Assembly (NCBI RefSeq): GCF_030144855.1
Contig: NC_082717.1
Span: 109,492,001 to 109,556,000, forward strand
Origin: Hypanus sabinus
Lineage: Eukaryota
Length of the DNA stretch: 64,000 nucleotides
Direction: 5' to 3'
Position 1 is the stretch's first letter. The number at the start of each line of letters is the position of its first letter. The position numbers were made by a program, and so were the translations under genes. The notes under the pieces are model-generated. The model saw only the letters and a list, made by a program, of their open reading frames with translations, made no database searches and had not been told where the DNA came from. This document shows, piece after piece, positions 39,855 to 51,953 of this stretch.

Positions 39855-41299
39855 CTCTACTGTGCAAAAGTATTAGACACTCCAGAGTTTTATAGAAATT
39901 TTGTTTTAGATGTTTTTTCTTCTGCATTAGTGTCAGTAGAAAAGAGCAAATTTTTTGTATTTCTTTAAAGAAAACATATTAAGTAATAGACCACCTTTCA
40001 AATAAATACGATTACTTTGCAGTTACAGAGCCTTGTGCATGATTAAAGAAAGATAACAAACTGAATGCTAATGACCAATTCCATCCTGAGTTGAAGGAAC
40101 TAAACTGATTAACTGGAGCCGTTGCAGAAGGAATTAAACTCGGAAAAGGGTAGTCAAACTAAAAGATATGACAGTTTAGCCTTCAAATTGTCAGTTTTTA
40201 CACCTTGGCAAGAGTGAGCATTGCAACAAGGCACAAGGTGGTCATCATGTATCAGCACGGTCTGCCCAAGCAGAAATTTTGTGGCCTACAGGACTTTCAC
40301 GATGTGCTGTCCAAGGTCTTCTGAAGAAACACAAAAAAATAGGCATGGCTGAGGACCAGAAATACAGAGGTCAGCCACTGAATTGGAGTTCAGTAGGTGG
40401 GAGATGCATCATATTGTCCCTTCCAAATCAGAAGTTCAGCACTGCTATGAGCTCTGAACTCACAGAAACCCATGTACATCCCTGTACTGCCAGGAGAAGT
40501 CTTGTCAAATGTGGTTTTCATGGAAGAGTTGTTGCCAAAATGCTATTGCTCCAAAGTGAAACAAAGTCAAGAGACTCAACTTGTCACTAAAGCACAAAGA
40601 CTAGGGAGATGAGCGATGGCAGCAAGTGCTCTCGACTGATGAGTCAAAATATGAAATTTTGGCTCAAACAATGCAGTTTGCCCATTGGAGTGCACTACAT
40701 GGATGAGTGTCTGCAGTCAATACTGAAGCACAGCAGAGGTTCCCTGCGGGTTTGGGGCTACAATTCTACAAATGGAATTGGTGATCTGGTCAGAATTAAC
40801 GGAATCTTCAATGTTGGGAAATTAAAGCGGATTCTCATCCATTGCACAATATCTGCCATCAGGCAGGCGTCTGATTGGTCCCAACTTCATTCTGCAGCAA
40901 GACAATGATGCTAAACACGTGGCCAAGGTCATAAAGAAATAACTTCAGCAAAAAGAACAAGGTGTCTGCAACATATTGTGTGGCCTCCACAGAGCCCTGA
41001 TTTCAACATCATCAAGGCTGTCTGGGATTACCTGGGGAGGCAAAATAGAGTTGAGACAGCCAAAGTTTGCGGAAGAACCGGGGCAAGTTCTCAAAGGTGC
41101 TTGGAGCAACCTCCCAGCCGACAGTGTACCCAGAAAAAGGCAAAGGGTGGTCACACCAGATATTTATTTGATTTTGATTTTTGCTGTTTGCTGCACTTCA
41201 TAGCACTTTTTGATACTCAGTAACTTTTCATTTATTTTTGATAGCATCTTCACATTACAGAATTTAGGTACATGAGCCCAAGACTTCTGCGCAGTACTG
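39855..41299 (+). mobile_element. Degenerate Tc1-like transposon
   Basis: Left tactgtgcaaaagtattagacac, right ccaagacttctgcgcagtactg|ta; remnants QQDNDAKH and WPPQSPDFNIIKAVWDYL. Confidence 0.85.
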
Positions 41300-41729
41300 T
41301 ATGTCAGTGTACCACCTTAACATTTGTTTCCTTGCAGGCATTCACAGAAGAAAGAAATACAATAGAATCAATGGAAAACACACAGACTGACAATGTGGAA
41401 TGTGCTGGGTATCTTTTCCTTAAAGTCTCTTCCTTCATAAGGGGAAAATAATAAGTTGGGATCAGTTTTAGTTCCTTCAAACATTGTAACATTGGTTTGG
41501 ACCTTGGGTCGCCTATCTATTGAGTTCCTTTTGAACTGATTTGGATGCTAGTGTTGGGAAATGTACACTTCCTACTATCTTCATATTGAGCAATTCAAAG
41601 GTGAGGCAAATCCAAGCAGTGGATTCTAGGACTTTAGAACATTAATATCACTTCTTCCAGTTTTAATTGCATAATGTTTCACAGAACAAAGCAATGATTT
41701 GTTGTAGGTGTGATCTGTGGACCACTGTG

Positions 41730-42228
41730 CACTCAGTGGCCACTTCATTAGATGCACCTGTACATTTGCTCATCAGCCAATTATGTGACAGCATCTCACT
41801 GCATAAAACCATGCAGGTATTGGTCAAGAGGTTTTGTTCAGACAAAGCATCAGAATGGGGAAGAAATGTGATCCAAGTTACTTTGTGGAATGATTGTTGG
41901 TGCTAAACAGGGTGGTTTGAGTATCTCTAACTGCTGATCTCCTGGGATTTTCTTAACAGTTTACAGAGAATGGTGCAAAAAATTAACAAAGAACATTCAG
42001 TGAGCTGCAGTGAAAACACTTTAATGAGGGAGGCAGAGAACAGCCAGACTGATTCAAGGTGACAGTAACTCAAATAACCACACATTACAACAGTGGTGTG
42101 TGGAAGGGTATCTCTGAATCCACAACACAATGGACCCTGAAATGGATGGGAACAGCAGCAGAAGACCACAAACATACACTCAGTGGCCACATTAGGTACA
42201 TGAAGTATCACAAAGAATCCACTGAATG
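41730..42228 (+). mobile_element. Non-autonomous Tc1-derived element (5' transposase HTH remnant) with duplicated terminal sequence
   Basis: cactcagtggccac..attag at 41730 and 42177; degenerate inverted end ccactgaatg ~42219-42228; remnant MGKKCD..TVTQITTHYNSGVWKGISESTT. Confidence 0.7.
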
Positions 42229-42953
42229 TGTCTGCTTCTCTACTATGACACACATTTGCATCACCTTCCATTAACGTAATTGAGTGGGGAATGGGTTTTT
42301 GATGGTCTGTGCTGGGTATTAACAACGCAAGACTTTCAGTTTATTACACATTCTACATTTACACTATCTTCAAGTTTGGCTTTCCATCTCTCTATCTCAT
42401 TTCCAAAGAAAAATCAGGCATGAATTTTAACTTTTGTCTATCAAAAATTAAGGTGGGCAAGTTAGAAAGAGTTTGGAGAAGTGTTGAGTAATCAGAGTTA
42501 GTTGAGGAGGGGTCAAAAAATCTAGTTGCTTTTCAAGAGTTATATATAGTTGGAGAGAATGTATTTGCAAATAAATATAGATTTTTTCTTTCCATGATGA
42601 GGTGATGCCTTGCAGTACCCTAATTTATACTAGTTATTACTGCATCAAAACACTTATTTAAATGCATATGTAAATATAAATACAACTTTGAAAGTGGGAT
42701 GGAAGAATTTAACTTATTTTTAAATTGGTCAGTTAAACAGCTTTTGCATTTTGTTGAGCTTTGTTTCCCACTATAAGCATTGAGCAAATTTCCATGTTGT
42801 ATGGAATTTTCAGAGAAAGGAGCAATGGCTGTTCATGCTCCATTCAAGTTTCATTACCAGAATAGATATTGGCTTCAGACCTGTTCTGGTTTCTCACCTT
42901 CCAACAGATTTCATGCTGTATTGCATGCTAATTGCTAGATACAGTTAAATACA

Positions 42954-43232
42954 TGAACTTTTAATCTCAGGTGACAATTAAGGTGTTCCTCTTAGTTCCC
43001 ATGTGTCCCAGAAAGTATTTTGTTTCATCTCACTGTATTTAAACCATGGGTTTGCAGTGAGTTTTGGACATCACATTCATGTAAGATTATGTATGAATTA
43101 TTTAGAATTACAATTGTTTATTGGGCCTGGGGTTTTTGTACTCCAGAGAGATTACATTTACAAAAAGCTATCTTGTACTTTTCTTCCCAGCCCCACAAAT
43201 GATTGACATTCAAGAGGTTAAGAGTGCAGGCT
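42954..43232 (+). repeat. Diverged non-coding duplicate, copy B (partner 37106-37395)
   Basis: Same collinear blocks as copy A. Confidence 0.8.
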
Positions 43233-44411
43233 AAAATACAAGTGTCTTTGAACTTCATAAAGTTTTAAATCAATTATCCCTTCTTAAGTGCACATTCTCT
43301 ATATCTGCTTGAGCTGCAGAAAGTCTCTCACTATCCATGTTTTGACTACCTCTTCATAGGACATGCAATAATTGCACGAACAAGCCACCTAACCCCCCCC
43401 CCCCCAAGCCAGCCCCACCATTCTGTGCACTTGGGGCCAAATTGGCTCTTGGCCTCAACTCCTGTGCTTGCCCCATATGCCATGTTTTTGTTCCTCCAAA
43501 ACATCTAAGTAAATAGCAGATTACAGGGAGGAGCATGGGATTGAAAGGAATGGCAGAGGAGACTTGTTGTCTAAATGCCTTTGGGGTTGAGAATTCCAGA
43601 TAATCTTCAGCCTCTGAGTGAAAATTTCTTGGCACATCAGTTTGGAATGACTATCACCTTAACTTGAAACAATATCCCCTAGTTTGAGACTATACCACCA
43701 ATGGAAACATCTTAATATCTTCCTTGCCAGATCCCCTTAACATTTGTTTCAATCAAAACATCCCTCATTCTTCGAGACTCCAATAGTACAGATCCACATC
43801 ATCTCATACTTATTGGGATTAAATTCCATCTGTCATTTTCTGCACCCATTTTAGCAGCAATCAATGCAGTCTGTACCCAAAGACCATCCTTCACACTGTC
43901 AACATCTTGGTCAATTTTTATCCTCTGCAAACATGTATCCTTATACTGTTGCTGTAAAACAATTCTCACATTATTTCAGTTAGGGACAATAATTCGATTC
44001 ATGCTTCCTAAATTCGCATCCGGTGAAAACACAGCAAAAAGTCTCTGTGGTACATTACTGGACAGAGGCTTTCCATTGCAAAAACAGTCATTTCCCTCTT
44101 CCATCTACTCAGACATTTATTGATCAAAATTGCTCTGGACCCTATGTGGGACCTCGTCAAAAACTTATTTTTCTGAAGTCCACCTGGACTACACTTAATC
44201 TCCTTCAGGTAAATTGGTTAGATGGAGTTCTTCCTCAATATAAGCTACAAGTATATCAGTATGTTGACTCTCTTTGATCCACCTTTGCTTTCCCAAATGT
44301 GGATTAATCATATCCTTTAGTTATTACTCCACTAATTTCCCGAGCTCTGATTTTTAGACTCGAGTCTGTAATTACCTGCTTTAAAGCATGCTGGCCTATT
44401 TGAATAAAGGT

Positions 44412-44820
44412 ATATTCTGACTGGTTGTATCACTGCTTGGTGGAGGCTTCAATGTATAGGATCAGAAAAAGCTGTAGAGGCTTGTGGTCTGCATCATGGG
44501 CACTAGCCTTCCCACTATTGAGGACATATTTAACATGGGATGCCTCAACAAGGTGGCGACTGTCATGAAACACCCTCACCATCCAGGCCATGCCCTCTTC
44601 TCATTGCTGCCATCAAGGTGGTGGTACAGAAGCCTGAAAATGCACTCTTTCTGCTTCAGGAACAGTTTCTACCCCTCCACCATCAGATTTCATGAACACT
44701 ACCTTACGATTGCTTTTTAAATTTTTTTAATTGTAAATTATTTTATGTGTTGCACTGTATTAATGCCACAAAGCCACAGATTTCACAACATACGTACATG
44801 ATAATAAACCTGATTTTTAT
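44412..44820 (+). mobile_element. Rex1-like LINE 3' fragment
   Basis: ORF 44484-44720 GTSLPTIEDIF..HPGHALFSLLPSRWWYRSLK..FRNSFYPSTIR; tail gataataaacctgatt. Confidence 0.8.
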
Positions 44821-45229
44821 CCACACATGCAGTCTTTCACAATTATAGCAGGGATTCCGCTGCACTTCAAATTCCGTAGTTTTATTTATCAAGTGATGTA
44901 TTGATAAAGTTGTGATAAGTTTAACTTTTCAAATTTTTTTCTTAAATTCCATTGTTTGAACCTGTTGCGGAGTGACATCGATTGCAAAGATTCAACCTTG
45001 TGGAGTTTGGGCACTGATGAACTCATTGGCAAAAAGAATACCTTGTCTTACCATGGACCATTCTATTTAATCACCACTCCCGTGCTTTTTAAGCTAAAGT
45101 CAGGTTTAAATTTGACAACACTTTAAGTTGACAGTCGTATTGTGGTTTTCAGATACCTCTTTTCCTCCCTGGAATGTCATTCAACCTTCTAACTCTAAAA
45201 TACAGTATCTGGTCTTGCTTTACACAGGG

Positions 45230-46000
45230 ATATCTCCTTCCCTCTGCAGTTCCCCTGTTCATTCGCTCCTCCCCATGAATCTCCCTCCTGGCACTCATCC
45301 CTTCAAGAGGCCTAAGTGCTAAACGTGACCATTCACTTCCTCCCTCACCCGCATTCAGGAGCCTCAAACAATCACTCCAGGCGAGGTAACTCTTGACCCG
45401 CAAGTCGGTTGGGGTCATCTATTGCGTTTGTTGCTCCTCTGAAACCTATCGTAAATTGGGGGACCACTTCGTCAAGCACCTTTGCCCAATAGCCACTGAT
45501 GAAGCTCCCCACTGGCCAAACATTTTAATTCCGATTCCCGTTCCAATGTGTCACTCCATGGTCTATTGTGCCAAGATGAGGTCACTCTCAGAATGGAGGA
45601 GCAGTACCTTGTGTTCCCATTAGGTAGCCTCCAACCTGATGGCATGGAATATCAACGATTTATCCTTCTGGTTTAAAAAAAAATTACCCCCCTCCCCAAC
45701 CACTATTCCACACTCTGGCCTTTTACCTCTTCTCACTTCCCCGTGGGTCCCCTCCTCCTTCCCTGGTCCACTCTCTTCTCCTATCAGATTCCTCCTTATC
45801 CAGCACTTGACCTTTCCCACCCACCTGGCTTCACCTATCACTTTACATCTATCCTCCTTCCCCTCCCCCACCTTTTTACTCTGGAGTCTTACCCCTTCTC
45901 AGTCCTGAAGAAGAGTCTTGACCCAAAACGTGGACTGTTTATTCCTTTTCCTAAATGATGTCTGATTTGCTGAGTTTGTCCAGCACTTTAGCATCTCCAG
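45230..46000 (+). mobile_element. Penelope-like element: GIY-YIG endonuclease remnant plus pLTR with hammerhead motif
   Basis: PPGTHP.KRPKC, SVGVIYCVCCS, RKLGDHFVKHL, LGSLQPDGM remnants; hammerhead-like CAGTC-CTGAAGA..AAAACGTG-GACTG at 45900-45937. Confidence 0.8.
45900..45937 (+). ncRNA. Minimal type I hammerhead ribozyme motif, probably inactivated
   Basis: Stem I CAGTC/GACTG and core CUGAAGA intact; GAAA appears as AAAA; cleavage triplet GUC appears as GUG. Confidence 0.65.
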
Positions 46001-46019
46001 ATTGACTGTTTTGGCCTTA

Positions 46020-47805
46020 CAACATTCAAAAGGTTTCAATGAAATTACCCCCGACCCCACCCTTCTAAATTCTGCGAGTATAGCCCCGGAGCTATCAAAT
46101 GTTCCTCATATGACAACCCTCTCATTCTTGGAATCAACCTTATGAACCTCCTCTGAACCCTCTGCTATGCCAGCACATCATTTCTTGATGAAGAACCCAG
46201 AACTGTTCACAATACTCAAGGTGAGGCCTCATCAGTGCTTTATAAAACCTCAGCATCACATCCTTGCTCTTGAGTTCAAGACCTATCGAATGCTAACATT
46301 GTATTTGCCTTCCTCACCACTGACTCTACCTACAAGTTAACCATTCGGGTCTTCTGCACAAGGATTCCCAAGTCTCTTTGCAACTCAGATTATTGGATTT
46401 CTCTCCATTTAGAAAATAGTCTGCTCATTCATTTCTTCTAACTAAGTGCACGCCCATGCATTTTCAAACATTGTATTTCATTTGCCCATTCTCCTAATCT
46501 AAATCCTTCTGCAAGTCTTCAGTACTACCTGTCTCTCCACTAATCTTCTTGTCATCTGCAAACTTTGCAACAAAGTTATCTATTCCATCATCTAACTCAT
46601 TAATATACAGCATAAAAAGAAGTGATCCCTGCAGAATACCACTAGTCACTGGTAGCCAAACAGAAAAGGATCCCACTCACTTCCTCTTACCAATCATGTC
46701 AGTATTCCTCCTACCAATCTAACCATGCAAGTAACTTTCCTGTGATACCACGGGCTCTTAACTTGGTAAGGTGTTGCACTTTGTCAAAGGCCTTCTGAAA
46801 GTCCAAATATACAACATCCACTGCAACCCCTTTATCGATCCTACTTGTAATCTTCTCAAAGAATTCCGAGATTTTCCCTTAAGGAAACCATACTGACTTT
46901 GTCCCATCTTGTCCTGTGTCACCAAGTACTCCATAACCTCATCCTTAACAATTGACTCCAACATCTTCCCAAACACTGAGGTCAGGCTAACTGGTATATA
47001 ATTTCTTTTCTGCTGCTTTCTTCCTTTCTTAGAGTGGAGTGATATTTGCAGTGCTCCAGTTCTCTGGCACCATGCCAGAGTCCAATGAATTTTGAAAGAT
47101 CATTACTAATGCCTCCATAATTTCTATTGCTACCTCCTTTAGAACCCAAGGGTGCAGTCATCTGGTCTGGGTGACCTAAGTACCCATGGGTCTTCCAGTT
47201 TTTTTGTGCACCTTCTCCCTTGTAATAGTAACTGAACTCACTTCTCTTCCCTCACACCCTTCAACATCTGGCACCCTGCTAGTGTCTTCCACACTGGAGA
47301 CTGATGGAAAATACTCATTTAGCTCATCAGCCATTTCCCTGCTGCCCCCCCCCCCTTAACATTATTTCTCCTGCCTCATTTTCTAGTGGTCCTATATCCA
47401 CTATCATCTCTCTTTTATTTTTTCATACTTGAAGAAGCCTTTATTATCCACTTTGATATTGCTGGCTAAATATTTTTCATCTTTTCCTTCCTAATGATTC
47501 TTTTAGTTGCTTTCTGTAGGCTTTTAAAAGCTTTCCAATCCTGTCTTCCCACTAATTTTGCTTCGTTTTATGCCCTCTCTTTTGCTTGTATGTTAGCTTT
47601 AACTTACTTTGTCAGCCATAATTGCACTATTTTGCCATTTGAGTATTTCTTCATTTTTAGAATACATCTATCCTGCACCTTCCTCATTTTTCCCAGAAAC
47701 TCACATCATTGCTGCTCTGCTGTCACCCTGCCAGCATCTCCTTCCAATTTACCTTGGCTAACTCCTCTCTCATACCACTGTAATTTCCTTTACTCCACTG
47801 AAATA
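46020..47805 (-). mobile_element. CR1 LINE fragment (degenerate ORF2)
   Basis: Minus ORFs GKMLESIVKDEV..QYGFLKGKS and WLPVTSGILQGS..LYINELDDG..AKFADD. Confidence 0.88.
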
Positions 47806-47861
47806 CTACAACAATGGCAGAGCAGACTCGATGAACCAAATTGGCCCAATTCTGCTCTCTG

Positions 47862-48690
47862 TAATTGAATTGACTTTATTACTTTCATCCTTCACATACA
47901 TGAGGAGTAAAAGTTTTTAAGTTAAATCTCTGTCTAAATGTGCAATTTATAGTAATTTGTAATAAATAGAATGTAGAACAGAACAGTCAATATAGCATAG
48001 AAATACAATTGTATCAGTGTGAATTAATCAGTCTGATGGCCTGGTGGAAGAAGCTGTCCCAGAGCCTGTTGGTCCTGGCTTTTATGCTGCGGTACTGTTT
48101 CCCGGATGGTAGCAGCTAGAACAGTTTGTGGTTGGGGTGACTCAGGTCCCCAATGTTCCTTCGGGGCCCTTTTACACACTTGTCTCTGTAAGTATCCTGA
48201 ATAGTGGTAAGTTCACACCGACAGATACGCTGGGCTGTCCATACATTATTTGACATAAGGCCAATCAATGTAGCAGTGTCACTGTGGTAAACCATGTAAA
48301 TCTGTCTGGACACGCCCCCCTGCTGACTGCTCCTGTGGCTCCTCCCACAGACCCCTGGATAAAGGTGATTGTGTCACTGTGCCTCCCACAGTCCAGGGCG
48401 GTCATCTGGCATGGACATGCTCTGTTTTACTGCTAATAAAAGCCTTTCAGTATTTACTCTACTTCCAGTCTTTTGGAGTTATTGATAGTGCATCAGCCAG
48501 CAAATTTAATTAGCAGATTGGAGCTGTGGATGGCAACACAGTCATGGGTATACAGGGAGTAAAGGAGAGAGCTTAGGACATAGCCCTGAGGGGTAGAGGT
48601 GAGGGAGCCCACTCTTGCCACCTGCCAGCTATCTGACAGGAAGTTCAGGATCCAGCTGCACAAGGCAGGGTCAAGGCCGAGGAGACTGAG
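47862..48690 (-). mobile_element. Rex1-like LINE fragment interrupted by a solo LTR
   Basis: Minus remnants HSSNLLIKFA|LTR|..TLIGL, TAQRIC..DLSHPNHKLF; (CAATT)n tail at 47862. Confidence 0.75.
48283..48495 (+). mobile_element. Solo LTR (probably Gypsy-type), 213 bp
   Basis: TG...CA ends (tgtggtaaacc...gtgcatca), GATAAAG TATA-like and AATAAA inside; flanks gtcac/gccag could be a degenerate 5-bp TSD. Confidence 0.7.
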
Positions 48691-50479
48691 CTCAAGAGTG
48701 TTACTGTCTAGGAGACCATTCAGTAATACAACAGTGAGGTGGAAGCTGTCCTTGAGGATGGTGGTACATGCTTCTGGGCTTTTGTAACTTCACAAAGTGG
48801 GAGAGGTGAGAAGAGAGGATGTCTGGGGTGGGCAGGGTGAAGATGAGGACCAACATACTGTAAATTATCGTGAACTTCAATCAGCAAGTTATAAATAAAT
48901 TACATGGGCAAAAAAAACAGCAAAATAAACATGGTGACAGATTGAGAGAGAGAAAGGGTGAAAATAGTCTTGAATAATGACCAGGTTTTTCAGGTCTGTT
49001 CTCGATCCTGATGGCAGTGGGGAAGAAGCTGTAGTTGAATCCTGAGGCGTGGGTTGTCAGGCTCCTGTACCTCTCGTTATCTAACTCTCACAATGCTTGG
49101 TGAAGCCTTTGACTACCTATCTTGGTATCTTCTGGGTCATGGTGTGAGTTTTGTTTGATAACCCTCTTGCAAAGGTCTCTGGGATGGTTTTGTTTTGCAA
49201 TATAAATAGTGATTCATATGTATGAATGAAAGGAACGCTTGTAACTGCTTCATTATATCTGGTTTAACATTAGGTTGGGCTGATATCTTTAGTGATGCCT
49301 CCATACACAGCCAAAGTTCACATGTACAGTGATAAACCTTGGGCAATTCTGGTAAAACAGTTGCACAGGAAATAAACTGAACTGGCAAAACATTAATAAG
49401 TTAAAAGGAATGCTGTGATTATTTTTTTTGTTGCAAAATTCCCATGGGGGGGGGGGAGCGATCTAACCTGTCGCTAAAGGGATTACTGGGATACACCTGT
49501 GTAAGCTGGTGATGAGCTGACCATTGGACTGTGTTTAGCTCGGAGTCTAGAACTGAACATTATGCATCTTACTGACCGATCCTTGTATAGATTTATTATT
49601 GCCACATTGTACTGAGGTACAGGCAAAAACTGTACACTGAAAAAATAGTCATTTCAACATCCATTGAGTGAGAACAAAGGAAAATAGCAGAACACAAAAT
49701 AAACTCTTACAAATTCAGAGGGTGTGCAGTACACGTCAATCTTGATGGGCTGGGCCATTGCCTGGGTTTAATGCTGGGCAAAGGTGAGTTATGATGAATG
49801 TAGTTTTTTTTGCTCACACCCTCTCATTCTCCCCAGTACAACCACTCCTCCTCCTGGCTCGTTTTGCAGGCACACTAGGTCAAAGACTATTGAGTTAGCA
49901 TTAACTGGTTCTTTGCAGTCCTTCCTCCTCTGGCACAGAACTTGTGTCAGCACTGAGCCAGTGCAGTTCAGAGGGGGTGCCGCACTGTCAGAAGTATTTA
50001 CAGGTCTGGCTTTGTGCTCAGTTACAGCAGCAGAGTGTTCTGCTGTCAAGGATGCCATTGCATCATTAAAAGGGCTGAGCTGTTCTCTCTATCTTGTGTG
50101 TTGACTCACTTCAAAAGATGTCACCTGTCCATTGTCACGATGCTGTGTGCTACCTGACTGACTGCAGAGACACCCTGAAGTCATAAACAGACAACACTTC
50201 TGCTGAATGTATCTCGTTACTGAGTGAGATCGGAATTTGTAATCCTTGCAAGGGAAGGTCATAATCCAACATTCCAACCAGATAAAAGGGATGGGCTTGA
50301 CTTAAGCCGCATTTCATGCATTGGATCACTGAAAATGCCGAAATACAAATTAGCAGTGCTTTTCAGGTGGAGATTATTTGTTTAGGATAGGTTAATATGA
50401 CTAAATCTACTGAAGCCCCGAACTTAATGCTACGTACTCTATCTGCTTACTCAACTGAATGAAGAGGAACTCATGAAAA

Positions 50480-50790
50480 CTCGATAATGGCAGAGTCTAG
50501 AATTAAAGGTCAGGAAGGTGTCACTTAGAACAGAGCTGAGGAGGAATTTCTTTAGCCAGATGGTAGTGATTTTGTGGAATTCATTGCTGAAGATGGCTGT
50601 GGAAGCCAGGCCATGGGTATATTTAAAGCAGAGGCTGATAGATTCTTGTTTAGTAAGGGTGTCATAGGTTATGGGGAGAAGGCAGGATGATGGGGTTGAG
50701 AGGGATTAAGACAAATCAACCATGATCAAATGGAGATGACTCGATGGGCCAAATGGCCTAATTCTCCTCTTATGTCTTATGGCCTTATTC
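50480..50790 (+). mobile_element. CR1 LINE 3' fragment
   Basis: gagctgaggaggaatttctttagccagatggtagtg..gtggaattc (ELRRNFFSQ.VV..WN); tail aatggcctaattctcctcttatgtcttatgg. Confidence 0.8.
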
Positions 50791-51089
50791 CATTTAATAG
50801 CCGTGTAAAATAAGATTAGACCAACGGAATCAGTCCAGTCTGCTCCACCTTTCAATATGATATTCAAAGTTCAAACAAGGATATATTTACCATATGCTAC
50901 CTTGCAATTAGTTTTACAAATTGTATTGTAGAAATACAATAAAACGTTATGGTGAGCACTGCATGAATAGGTAATGGTTGACGAACAACCAATGTGGAAA
51001 AGAATGAACACAGGAGATTGTGTAGATGCTGGAAATCCAGAGCAGCTTCTGCCTTCAGAAATAGATGGGGTGATGTTTTTCTCCCATCC

Positions 51090-51530
51090 CACCGCCTCGC
51101 TCTGCCAGGACTCGGCTCTGCCAGGACCGTCTGCGGAAGTGGCTTCAGGCTCTTCCGGCGTTGAGTGAGCGGTGACGTCACTCGGCACCTGGTCAAGGTG
51201 CGGCGGCGACCGGCTGTTCCCTGGGGTCGCGGCTCGGAGCAGTGGCGACATGTGCGGTTTCGGTGAGTACCCTGGAGGGACTTCAAGCCCGGCCCTCAAC
51301 TTCTGTATGCGCACGAGTAACTTTTACAGAGGAGAGTTTCTGCCCTCAGTCGGTCTGTAGCGCTCGAAACGTAACCAAGTGGCTGACAGTGTGAAAGCAA
51401 CAGCGAGGCGCTTCGCAGTCTTGTTTACAGCACAGATCAGCTGCGCTCTTCGTTCCCCACTGGGACATTTAGCTTTGTGTATCAAGTTGTTTGATCGGGA
51501 ATGGGAGAATATCCATGTCGCCCGGCTTCC
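51090..51530 (+). promoter_or_regulatory. CpG-island-like promoter with ETS sites (GCGGAAGTG 51133-51141; CTTCCGGC 51152-51159) and a palindromic CRE (GTGACGTCAC 51172-51181)
   Basis: Most CpG-dense non-repeat stretch in a CpG-depleted window; exact motif matches. Confidence 0.8.
51250..51262 (+). CDS. KRTCAP3: First coding exon ATG TGC GGT TTC G|gtgagt (MCGF-), probably keratinocyte-associated protein 3
   Basis: ATG in ggcgacATG context, consensus donor GTGAGT; KRTCAP3 lies just downstream of NRBP1 on the same strand in human and begins ..CAFD; only 4 codons visible and exon 2 not found in window. Confidence 0.55.
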
Positions 51531-51953
51531 TTTGTCACTGTTGCGTTTCCTAAGATTGGGTTGATGAGGGTGCCTCACCTCAGCAAGATCTTGCATCTTA
51601 CTGTTACCTGTGTTGCATGTTCTATGTAATTCTGCAACCAGTTCTGTTTTACCTAATTCTAGTTCGATGCCCTGTGTGGTGATCTGCTCTGTATGAACTA
51701 TATGCCAGAGAAGCTTTTCACTGTATCTCAGTACATGTGACAATAATTAACCAATTCTGTTCCGATCCTGTAGGTGCGGTAACACCTGTCCCAGTTACCC
51801 ACCCTCCCTGTTTTAGTCTCTACTGTCACGTAAATCCACTTGCTTCTCAAAATGCCTTTCTTAAAGTGTAAAAGGAACAAGATCTGCAAAGCTGCCCCAT
51901 TGCAAAAACAAGCTGCAGTAAAGTCTTCAAAGGAAGGATAAGCAAAGGCCAGA

